A stretch of 64,000 bases of DNA from a virus (taxonomy: Duplodnaviria > Caudoviricetes). The notes under the pieces were generated by a model. It ran no database searches and had not been told where the DNA came from. It was given only the letters and a program-made list of their open reading frames with translations. Both the position numbers and the translations under genes were made by a program. The stretch lies in the IMG/VR virus record IMGVR_UViG_3300027819_000006; one strand, given 5' to 3'. Below, piece after piece: positions 19,158 to 27,598 of this stretch; positions within the stretch are counted from its first letter, which is position 1, and each line of letters opens with the position of its first letter.

Positions 19158-19908
19158 GCTGTTGCGATTTATTAGGATTTCCCAAGCTTGTACTTGTACT
19201 TGAGATACTGCGAGAAATGAATGCACACAATTTAGCCAATTTACCAGGACTAGCCTCACCAACATCAATGTACTGAGTCAAATTAGCTTCATCTTTAAAC
19301 TTATTCAGCACGTAACTACAAATTCCATCTTGAGTGTTAATTCCTACTAGAACTGTGATCATTGACTCAAGCTTCTCTTCTTTTGTCACTTTTGCAACCT
19401 GATCTCTAATCATAGATGGAGTAACTCTTGAAGCATTATCTACACCATCAGTGATAATAAACATAATAGCATTTACAGTATAGTCTTGATCAGATAGCAA
19501 CTGTCCATATTTTACAGTGGAAGCTACTGCATCAAATGTGGCATCATATAGAGAAGTCATTCCTCCGCAGTTGAAAGGAAGATAATCTTTATCTACATCA
19601 ATTTCATTTAAATTCTTGAATCCATGAATCTCCTTTACTCCAATTCCAGAATTGAATTGGAGAGCTCGTACAAGAATATTTTCAGACTTTGGTGCTTTCT
19701 TGCAAGAATTGACTGCACTTTTAAGTGCATCTAAAAGATTGTTTGCAAATGGTTCTACTGAACCTGTAATATCTGTTACGATTGATACAAGAGTATATTC
19801 TGTTTCTGTTAGAGCATCAGGTCTGACAGCAGAGAATGTAAATGATCCATCTGCAGCTGTGAAATTCTGCATGCTACCATCTGCATTTTGATTAAGGAAC
19901 TTAGGCAT
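19147..19908 (-). CDS. vWA-domain protein (TerY-like)
   Basis: VTDITGSV MIDAS-like motif, GMTSLYDA, FIITDGVDNAS. Confidence 0.8.
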   Translation of the reverse strand: MPKFLNQNADGSMQNFTAADGSFTFSAVRPDALTETEYTLVSIVTDITGSVEPFANNLLDALKSAVNSCKKAPKSENILVRALQFNSGIGVKEIHGFKNLNEIDVDKDYLPFNCGGMTSLYDATFDAVASTVKYGQLLSDQDYTVNAIMFIITDGVDNASRVTPSMIRDQVAKVTKEEKLESMITVLVGINTQDGICSYVLNKFKDEANLTQYIDVGEASPGKLAKLCAFISRSISSTSTSLGNPNKSQQLVF

Positions 19909-20284
19909 TTTGTTCTTCTCCTTTTTGTTTATCTGCTAGTTCAATAGCTTTTAAATAGCGGTTAATAGCTTTATCTGAGTCTAATAAATATGAAGTATGT
20001 GAATCTTTGTCATATTGAATAGACACCGCTTCTACTTCATATTTATTAACTTTTACTGCTCCATCATTCGATGAATAATCATTTAAATTCTTATTCAAGA
20101 CTGTCATAGCATACAAATTCAAAGGATCTAGTCTACCATTTTTATTTGTAAATGTTCCAACTAGTAGTTTTTCATGTTTAGGATCAAGATTTTGTGGAAG
20201 TCTGTCATCCCTAACATCTTCTAGAAACTTGATCACCTTATTCCAATTCTTGTGTAAATTCTTTACTTTCATTTTTAGCTCCAA
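19901..20284 (-). CDS. hypothetical protein (paralog of 20275-20607)
   Basis: EKLLVGTFTNKNGRLDPLNLY...YLLDSDKAINRYLKAI. Confidence 0.55.
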   Translation of the reverse strand: MELKMKVKNLHKNWNKVIKFLEDVRDDRLPQNLDPKHEKLLVGTFTNKNGRLDPLNLYAMTVLNKNLNDYSSNDGAVKVNKYEVEAVSIQYDKDSHTSYLLDSDKAINRYLKAIELADKQKGEEQNA

Positions 20285-20607
20285 TCATTTTTAAAAGAAT
20301 CTATTACTTTTAACATTCTCTTGATAGCTTTTTCTCTTGGTAATAGATAGGGCATCTTTGTCATACCATCATAATCATGGAACATACTTGAAAAATCAAA
20401 TTCAAAATCTACTATATGAAATGATTCATTTCTAATGTCTTCATAACTATATCTCATCTTTTCATGAAGAAATAGACCAATTGGATCTACTTTATTGTTT
20501 TTATTGCACCATGTCCCTACAAGAAGTTTTTCTGGCATAGAATCATCATTCTGAACTTTTACAAGAAAATTTCTGAATTGCTTTAGAGTTACTCTTTTAG
20601 ATTTCAT
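20275..20607 (-). CDS. hypothetical protein (paralog of 19901-20284)
   Basis: EKLLVGTWCNKNNKVDPIGLF...YLLPREKAIKRMLKVI. Confidence 0.55.
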   Translation of the reverse strand: MKSKRVTLKQFRNFLVKVQNDDSMPEKLLVGTWCNKNNKVDPIGLFLHEKMRYSYEDIRNESFHIVDFEFDFSSMFHDYDGMTKMPYLLPREKAIKRMLKVIDSFKNDWS

Positions 20608-20619
20608 TTTTGTATCTTT

Positions 20620-21423
20620 CTATTTTAGAAATTTATCATGAGTAGTTAAATTAAGTCCTCTTTTTACTAGTGAATCTAAAACTTTATTTGTATTATCCTC
20701 AAATCCAGGAATAATAGAACAACAATCTTTCACTAGATGTATTTTTTGAATATTCTCTTCTCCAAAATTGGCACAAATGTCGATCAAACTATACAATACG
20801 CAATGTGATAAAGCTTCGCCATAGAACCCAATTACATCGGCTCTCTGTAAAGTCTCAATTAATCTAACATTTAATTGAGTTGAGGGATCGTTTGAGTCAG
20901 GGACATCTGCAACCAACACACCAAAATGTTCCGTCGTGTAGTTGCTCCCCTTGGTAACGTAATCTACCATAGCAACTCCTTTTTCCCATTCAAGAAGCTG
21001 TTCTGCTACTGGAGAGATAACTGTAGCTCCGACGGACCCTATGAGGCAATGCGGTGGCCAAATACAAAGTTTATATCTGCCATTCTTTGCCAATGTCTCA
21101 GTATATGTTAGCATCTTTTGTGTTTCAGCAGGATTTGAAGGTTTCCATACTCCATTTTTTACATCTTCATAAGAAATAATAGTAAATGGATTCGGATGAT
21201 TTCCTTTTGAGTCTACCCAGAAAATAGGATGTGCTACGTCGTAGAAATGATGAGTATCTAGCGTTACATGGTAGTCATCTACTCTGTCTCGAATTCTTTC
21301 CATCATTTTAACCATTCTCAAAACATCTTGATCAGCACCAGGAACAAATAGCTCTCCACTTGGTGAACAAAATGATACCTGTGTGTCGATCATTAAACAT
21401 TCTATTTTCATATTAGTCTCCAT
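20620..21423 (-). CDS. Nicotinamidase / isochorismatase-family hydrolase; likely start 21411
   Basis: MIDTQVSFC, TLDTHH, WPPHCLIGS, KGSN..TEHFG, GEALSHCV. Confidence 0.85.
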   Translation of the reverse strand: METNMKIECLMIDTQVSFCSPSGELFVPGADQDVLRMVKMMERIRDRVDDYHVTLDTHHFYDVAHPIFWVDSKGNHPNPFTIISYEDVKNGVWKPSNPAETQKMLTYTETLAKNGRYKLCIWPPHCLIGSVGATVISPVAEQLLEWEKGVAMVDYVTKGSNYTTEHFGVLVADVPDSNDPSTQLNVRLIETLQRADVIGFYGEALSHCVLYSLIDICANFGEENIQKIHLVKDCCSIIPGFEDNTNKVLDSLVKRGLNLTTHDKFLK

Positions 21424-22337
21424 ATTAATTTAACTTCATCTTCCCAGACTCTAACTATTCTATCTATAACCATTGTTTTTAGCAACATTATTTTTATTAT
21501 GATCACTGGCAATTCTCTCTTTCCAGTTAAATGGTTTTTATATCCCTCTCTACAATGCCAATAATTTCCATCTACTTCTATAAGTATATTATAATCAATT
21601 AATAAAAAATCATAAACACTATACCTATTAGTGATTTCATCTAATATAAAGAATTGTTTTTTAAAATTTATGTTACACTCTATAAGCAGCTGCTCCATTT
21701 CTAATTCACATTTAGTAGTTTGATATTTTCGATTGCATAAAGATTTAGCAGCAGATAAAGATCTTTTAGCTTTTTCTTCTTCACCCATTACTCTACCTTT
21801 AGTTGTAATACCTCCATCTTGATAAAATTTTTTCAAACCCTCTGATATTTTATTTTTTGTTTCATCAGAACTAATTCTTTCAAAATTCCAGTGTAATTCA
21901 CCAGTTAACCCTTTATTAAATTGTGTTTCAGATATCTTATTGTTTCTTTCTATCCACATCTGCTCAGCTATTTCTATTCCATGTTTTAGAATCCAAATAT
22001 CTAAAACAGATTTTTCAAAAGTTCCATTTCTAGATCCAGAACTTGCACACTTTCTACATCTTACTCCTGCACTCTTTACTTGATTTTCACAATTTTCTTC
22101 TATACAATAATATATACGATGTTTAGGACATTTAAATTCTCCTTTTAAAATTGATTTTTGATATACTCTAGAAGTGCAGTTTTCTTCTGAACAATACGTG
22201 CTATTTACTGCTGAATGATATCCACAAGTGTTTTGGCCTTTTTCAACAGCACGTACACTAGCTTCATTATTGCATTTATCAACGACACATTTCACTTTTC
22301 TTCTCCATAAATAAATATGCCAAGCTGTGTACTCCAA
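21408..22337 (-). CDS. Homing-type endonuclease (Cys-rich + NUMOD3-like + DUF559); likely GTG start near 22295
   Basis: TKCELEM...VYDFLL..ILIEVDGNYWH...VRVWEDE. Confidence 0.75.
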   Translation of the reverse strand: MEYTAWHIYLWRRKVKCVVDKCNNEASVRAVEKGQNTCGYHSAVNSTYCSEENCTSRVYQKSILKGEFKCPKHRIYYCIEENCENQVKSAGVRCRKCASSGSRNGTFEKSVLDIWILKHGIEIAEQMWIERNNKISETQFNKGLTGELHWNFERISSDETKNKISEGLKKFYQDGGITTKGRVMGEEEKAKRSLSAAKSLCNRKYQTTKCELEMEQLLIECNINFKKQFFILDEITNRYSVYDFLLIDYNILIEVDGNYWHCREGYKNHLTGKRELPVIIIKIMLLKTMVIDRIVRVWEDEVKLIWRLI

Positions 22338-22431
22338 AATAGACTGTTAAGTCTAAAGGCAGCTTGGCAATAGATTTATGAATCTATTTTGGAGTACAAT
22401 ATAAATATATTTGACAGAGAAGAAAAGACAC
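22318..22431 (-). promoter_or_regulatory. Class II promoter plus X-Y-X'-Y' leader
   Basis: tgtactccaaaatag 22328-22342 / 22384-22398; tgccaagctg 22318-22327 / 22360-22369. Confidence 0.75.
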
Positions 22432-22518
22432 TACATTGTAAAACTCCTTTTATTTGGTTGGTTGTTTTGATCTGTCTATTCTATATAATATTTGAGTATA
22501 GTTTTATAAACTCTATTT

Positions 22519-23763
22519 TTACAAAACCCTCTTAAGATTAGAGTTTGGTCTTGGACCTCTACCAACTTTATGGACTTCTGTCATAGTATCAATTGTATCT
22601 CCTACAGCTACAACATCCGCGCCGGCCATTCTCATATGCTCATCCCATGAACATTCTCCGCAGCCAATCCCGTCAAATAGCTTCCAGTCTTCTCCCCAGA
22701 ATTCCTGGCACAATTTCTCATATTCTAAAAATGCTTTTACTTTTTCTATATTGCCAAAACCTGAAGATAGCAAAATCTTTACATGTGGGAATCCACTGAA
22801 ATTTAGAGTATTTCTCAATCTATGAACTCCAATTGCTGCAACTCCTTTGCATAGATAGAATTTATTGTAGTCATTCACATCATCAAATGGCAAGAATCCA
22901 TTATCATACAAAATACCTTGCATGAAATTTTCACCACAAGTATCTACTCTTACATAGTCTAAATTGCTTCCTACTTTATCTAAACATTTAGCAGTATCCA
23001 GTGAGTCTGAATATTCATGATTGTTATAATCTATTAGAGCAATTCTTGGTACAGATTTATCAATGTGCTTATCAAATGCTAGAGTTGAATTTACTACAGC
23101 ATTTTCCATTCCATATTTCCAAGCATAAATATTTTCTAGTGCATGTGGAATAGTTCCTACTCCCAACTTATTTTCATCTGCTGCACCAATATCTGTAGAA
23201 CAATCATCTGCTCCACCATCAAATGCAGCCTTTGCAATTTCAGCATCCAATTCCCAGCCCCAATGTCTAGCACCCATGTAGATGAGTTTTCTATCTTTGC
23301 CAATAAGCTCTCTAATTTCTGAGAATGTCTGAAAAGTATTATCTAATATATGTTTTTCTACATATTTCTTATGCTCATCATAATGAGCTTGCTGAATATC
23401 ACTATTTATAGCATGCAGATAATTGCATGAAGCATGTAGAGTAGTTTCTCTTGAAATTACTCCAAGGTACATTGTTTCCAACTCAATAATATCTTGAATT
23501 TTAGCTTCAATGATCATGCAAGTTTCTTTTGGAGCATAATTATCTCCTTCAGATAAAGAATATATTCTTGCATCTGTCAGCTTTGAATATTTTTGTAGAA
23601 TTTCAAGAGCTTCATTTAAGCCATGTATCTGGTTATTGTTAGATTTTCTCACAAATACTTGCATTCTGACAAATGGATTGAGATTATCAGCTTTTAGAAT
23701 CTCATTTGATCTGAGAAAATATTTGTCTGTATATGGACGATGATCAATTTGCAAATTGAACAT
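22519..23763 (-). CDS. Nicotinate phosphoribosyltransferase-like (PncB/NadC fold)
   Basis: YTDKYF, ELETMYLG, MGARH, GTIPHAL, ALIDY, VRVDT, SSGFG. Confidence 0.8.
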   Translation of the reverse strand: MFNLQIDHRPYTDKYFLRSNEILKADNLNPFVRMQVFVRKSNNNQIHGLNEALEILQKYSKLTDARIYSLSEGDNYAPKETCMIIEAKIQDIIELETMYLGVISRETTLHASCNYLHAINSDIQQAHYDEHKKYVEKHILDNTFQTFSEIRELIGKDRKLIYMGARHWGWELDAEIAKAAFDGGADDCSTDIGAADENKLGVGTIPHALENIYAWKYGMENAVVNSTLAFDKHIDKSVPRIALIDYNNHEYSDSLDTAKCLDKVGSNLDYVRVDTCGENFMQGILYDNGFLPFDDVNDYNKFYLCKGVAAIGVHRLRNTLNFSGFPHVKILLSSGFGNIEKVKAFLEYEKLCQEFWGEDWKLFDGIGCGECSWDEHMRMAGADVVAVGDTIDTMTEVHKVGRGPRPNSNLKRVL

Positions 23764-23965
23764 TGGAACTCCTTTCTAACTTTTTATGCATGAAATCTAA
23801 AAAGTTTAAATATAGCGCCATAAACATTTCTCTTTCACTTAAATTTTTTAGAAAATCATTATTAGTTAATGAAAGAGTTTTAGAGAATTCATCTGCATAT
23901 AGAGTTAAATTTTTTAGATAATTTTCTACGAAAACATTTGGTTGTTCTTTTGGTGTTGAGTGCAT
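23744..23965 (-). CDS. hypothetical protein
   Basis: 73-aa ORF after promoter. Confidence 0.4.
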   Translation of the reverse strand: MHSTPKEQPNVFVENYLKNLTLYADEFSKTLSLTNNDFLKNLSEREMFMALYLNFLDFMHKKLERSSNVQFAN

Positions 23966-23982
23966 TAGTTTACTCTATAGTT

Positions 23983-24011
23983 AATATAACAAATTAGACA
24001 TCGAAAGTAAA
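23983..24011 (-). promoter_or_regulatory. sigma70-type promoter (class I)
   Basis: TTTACT-N17-TATATT. Confidence 0.65.
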
Positions 24012-24058
24012 CAGATATTTCGTAAATAATCAAAATTATTGTATTTATTTACTTTGAC

Positions 24059-25312
24059 ATGTATATTTATAATATGGAAACAAAAATGCTAATAGTAGAG
24101 AAACATATAATAGATAAAAATCATAAACAATGGAAAACTATTGATAATTTATGCTTGTTATCTAAAAATCTATATAATCGAGCTCTGTTTCTTATAAATG
24201 AACACTATGAAAAAGAATGTAAATTTTTAAGATACAGCAAGTTAGATAAATATATTAGAGAAACTGACAAAGAACTGTATTGTGCTCTGCCAAACAACAC
24301 ATCTCAAAGAATAATAATCAAACTAGATCAGAATTTCTTAAATTTCTTTGCTGCTTTAAGATCTTGGAAAAAAGATAAGTCAAAATTTTTAGGATGCCCA
24401 AGACCTCCAAAATATAAAGAGAAAAATGGTAGAAATTTACTTATATTTACTACTAGACAAGCCAAAATTAAAGAAGGATATATTCATTTTCCTAAAAGGA
24501 CTGGTTTGCAGCCCATTAAAACAAATGTGAAAAAACTCTGTCTAGTCGAAATCGTACCTCAAGCATCTTGCTATATAGTGAGTATAATGTATGAAAAAGA
24601 AATTTTAGATCATAAATTGAATAAAGATAATTACTTAGGAGTAGACTTAGGAATAAATAATTTAGCAACAATTACTTCAAATCAGCCTGGATTAAGTCCA
24701 ATTCTGGTTAATGGTAGAATTTTAAAATCTATCAATAGTTACTACAATAAGAAAAAAGCTAAACTTCAGTCTAGTTTAGAGAAGAATCATAAAAAAAAGA
24801 CTAGTAATAGAATTAAAAAATTAGCTCTAAAAAGAAATAATAAAATAGAATATTATATGCATCATGTTTCAAAATTTATTGTTACTCACTGTATACAAAA
24901 CGATATTAGCAATATAGTTATAGGTTATAATGAGGGTTGGAAACAAGAAGTGAATATGAGTAGAAAAAATAATCAAAATTTTACAATGATTCCATTCTTA
25001 AAGCTAATAAATCAGATCAAATATAAAGCTAAATTAAACTCTATTGAAGTTATAGAAATGGAAGAATCTTATACTTCTAAATGCTCAGCATTAGATTTAG
25101 AATCTATTGAGAGACATGAAGAATATATTGGAAAAAGAGTAAAAAGAGGTCTGTTCCAATATTCAAAAGGTCTCATTAATGCTGACGTCAATGGTTCTCT
25201 AAACATTCTCAGAAAAGTAATTGGCAATGATTTTATAAATCTAGTCAATATAGGCTGTGTTAGTCAACCAGTGAAGATCGATTTTTCACAAACAAGAGCA
25301 ATCTTGAGCTAA
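24059..25312 (+). CDS. tnpB: TnpB-family RNA-guided nuclease (IS1341-like), the only long plus-strand gene
   Basis: SKNLYN, LGVDLGINNLA, EESYTSKCS, INADVNGSLNILRK, QPVKI. Confidence 0.9.
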   Translation: MYIYNMETKMLIVEKHIIDKNHKQWKTIDNLCLLSKNLYNRALFLINEHYEKECKFLRYSKLDKYIRETDKELYCALPNNTSQRIIIKLDQNFLNFFAALRSWKKDKSKFLGCPRPPKYKEKNGRNLLIFTTRQAKIKEGYIHFPKRTGLQPIKTNVKKLCLVEIVPQASCYIVSIMYEKEILDHKLNKDNYLGVDLGINNLATITSNQPGLSPILVNGRILKSINSYYNKKKAKLQSSLEKNHKKKTSNRIKKLALKRNNKIEYYMHHVSKFIVTHCIQNDISNIVIGYNEGWKQEVNMSRKNNQNFTMIPFLKLINQIKYKAKLNSIEVIEMEESYTSKCSALDLESIERHEEYIGKRVKRGLFQYSKGLINADVNGSLNILRKVIGNDFINLVNIGCVSQPVKIDFSQTRAILS

Positions 25313-25316
25313 AGGT

Positions 25317-26438
25317 TTATTTTGAAACTTTAATAGCAATAACTCTATCATCCCATATACCCCCTCTAACTTCTTCTATAGTTTTAGAGTTCAAGTATGA
25401 TAAGCAGCTTCGAAGCCCATTGCTGAACCTATGAACTACATCTACAACAGATTCTCCAGTATATGGAACTAATGTTTCTTTACCTTCGACAAATAGATTC
25501 TCTTTATTGCCATCCCATAGATCATATTCTTCAACTACTTCTTTTGAAGCCATACCTCTAAATTTTTTGAATTTACCAGTAATATGTTCCCCTGGTGGTA
25601 ATCTATTATAATCAGCCTGAGCTTCTATTCGCGTTCTTCCACTTAAATATTGAATTTTATCAAATATTTCTCCTGGTGTTTCTTTACATCCTGCAAATAT
25701 TCCACCACAAATTACAGCATCAGCACCAGCAACAATTGCTTTTGTCAAATCTCCAGGTTCTCTGATTCCGCCATCTAAAAGTATAGATGGACGACCGGGG
25801 TTCTGTCTAATATCATCTTGAGCCAATTGCCAGTTTCTAACAGCTTTCCAAGCATAATGTAGAGCAGTTACTGGAGGGCATCCGATTCCCGTAGTAGAAG
25901 AAGTAAGACAAGCGCTGCCCGTGCCCACAGAATGTCTAACCGAATCTGCACCTATAGATATAGCTCTTGATACAGATTCTTTTGTTAAAGTATTTCCAAT
26001 TGTTACATCTGTATGTGGATAATTTTCTTTAAACCAAATTGTGAAATCTCTAACCTTGTCCATTAATCCATTAGCACAATCTAAAACAAATAGATTAGGT
26101 GTGCAAACTGACCATAGAGCAGATATTCTCTTTTCATAATCTTTCAGCCCAATTGCTACATAGCATTTACCAGACTGTTTCTTTATTTGCTCTGCTTTAT
26201 CTACTTGCTCTTCTATAGGCATGAATCTGTGTAAAATACCTGCAGCTCCCATACTATTCATTGCCACACAAGACTCTACACTAGAAACTGTATCCATTGG
26301 AGACAGAATTAATGGATAGTCTATTTCTATATTTCTAGAAAGTTTTGTTTTCAGAGATACTTCTTTTCTAGAATTTATAGAAGAGAAGCGAGGTAGAATC
26401 TGGATATCTGAGAATCTCAGTCCTTCATATATGCTCAT
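25317..26438 (-). CDS. guaB: IMP dehydrogenase / GMP reductase (no CBS domain)
   Basis: SPMDTV, LDCANG, VGTGSACLT (catalytic Cys), LDGGIR, FRGMAS, EG. Confidence 0.85.
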   Translation of the reverse strand: MSIYEGLRFSDIQILPRFSSINSRKEVSLKTKLSRNIEIDYPLILSPMDTVSSVESCVAMNSMGAAGILHRFMPIEEQVDKAEQIKKQSGKCYVAIGLKDYEKRISALWSVCTPNLFVLDCANGLMDKVRDFTIWFKENYPHTDVTIGNTLTKESVSRAISIGADSVRHSVGTGSACLTSSTTGIGCPPVTALHYAWKAVRNWQLAQDDIRQNPGRPSILLDGGIREPGDLTKAIVAGADAVICGGIFAGCKETPGEIFDKIQYLSGRTRIEAQADYNRLPPGEHITGKFKKFRGMASKEVVEEYDLWDGNKENLFVEGKETLVPYTGESVVDVVHRFSNGLRSCLSYLNSKTIEEVRGGIWDDRVIAIKVSK

Positions 26439-26460
26439 TTAATTCGCCTATAAAAAATTG

Positions 26461-26790
26461 TTAAAAAAAGTGTTTCACTAACATGAAAAATGAAGTGAAT
26501 ATAGATATTAATATGATAGATGCTAAAAGAAATACTATACCCCACTTAAACAGAAACAGAAATATTCTGAACAAGATAGGAATCCAAAACATTAAATGCA
26601 AAGTAATTATAGACCAAAAAGCTATACATATCGCTTGCCACTCTAAACTTCGAACAGCTTCTATTCCATGAGCAGGAACTTTAAAGACATATTCAAGAAT
26701 ACCCTCTGCAATCAGAAAAAATATAATGAATATAAAAATCTGTACTATTACTGAAACTATAGTCAGGAATTCTAAAATTTTTCTTATCAT
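26461..26790 (-). CDS. membrane protein
   Basis: Three hydrophobic segments. Confidence 0.5.
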   Translation of the reverse strand: MIRKILEFLTIVSVIVQIFIFIIFFLIAEGILEYVFKVPAHGIEAVRSLEWQAICIAFWSIITLHLMFWIPILFRIFLFLFKWGIVFLLASIILISIFTSFFMLVKHFF

Positions 26791-26832
26791 ATCAGTAACC
26801 CTTTGTTATAGATTGTTTAGTTCTTATAGTTA

Positions 26833-26861
26833 AATATAAACAATCTATGTTCAAATGTAAA
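26833..26861 (-). promoter_or_regulatory. sigma70-type promoter (class I)
   Basis: TTTACA-N17-TATATT, spacer ATAGATTGTT. Confidence 0.75.
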
Positions 26862-27028
26862 TAAAAATTTTAGTCTGTATCATGTATTACGTACACTCCT
26901 AAAACCCAAGCAACTATGGATAAGAAAAGCCAACTATCAGAATGTTGAACATACAGAATCAATTTGCACAATACTGGCCATCCTAACATCCATAGAACTA
27001 GAGCAATCTTTTTCATTTTATCTCCGTT

Positions 27029-27445
27029 TCACTCTACATATAGCATTCCAAATCCATCCTCTAAACTATAAAATACTTTCTTTATCCCTATCTGCTTAAT
27101 CAGCTTCTGACAAATCTTACAAGGTTTTGCATTCTTCATGATTCTATTTCTGTCCTCTCTATATGTATAGAGCACAGCCTTTGAAGACAGGTCACCAAAT
27201 CGAAATGAATTATATGAACAGACTACATCTGCCTCTGCATGTGTTCCATTACAATAAGAGGGATAAATCTTGTTTATTGTATGGGTTTTATATCCATTGC
27301 ATGCTGCAATTATCTTATTCTTTGCAATGACTAGACAAGCTCCAACTCTTGTCTGATGATCTGAATTGAGCATAATCTCACGAGCAATGTTGAAGTACTT
27401 ATTTTTGAGAACAATTTCTTTTGACATTTGCGTGTGGGGCTCCAT
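27029..27445 (-). CDS. Cytidine/dCMP deaminase-like Zn protein
   Basis: HAEADVV and KPCKICQ. Confidence 0.8.
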   Translation of the reverse strand: MEPHTQMSKEIVLKNKYFNIAREIMLNSDHQTRVGACLVIAKNKIIAACNGYKTHTINKIYPSYCNGTHAEADVVCSYNSFRFGDLSSKAVLYTYREDRNRIMKNAKPCKICQKLIKQIGIKKVFYSLEDGFGMLYVE

Positions 27446-27598
27446 ATTAAAAAACCTTAGTTATAGATATGCTTTGCAATGAGAGGCTTATTAATTTCTG
27501 AAATATGAAGAGGACAATTTGCAAATTTAGCTAAAACTGATGCATACTCAAAAGCATCTTGAGGATATGGCCCTTCTGAAGATTTGCTATCATAAGTA

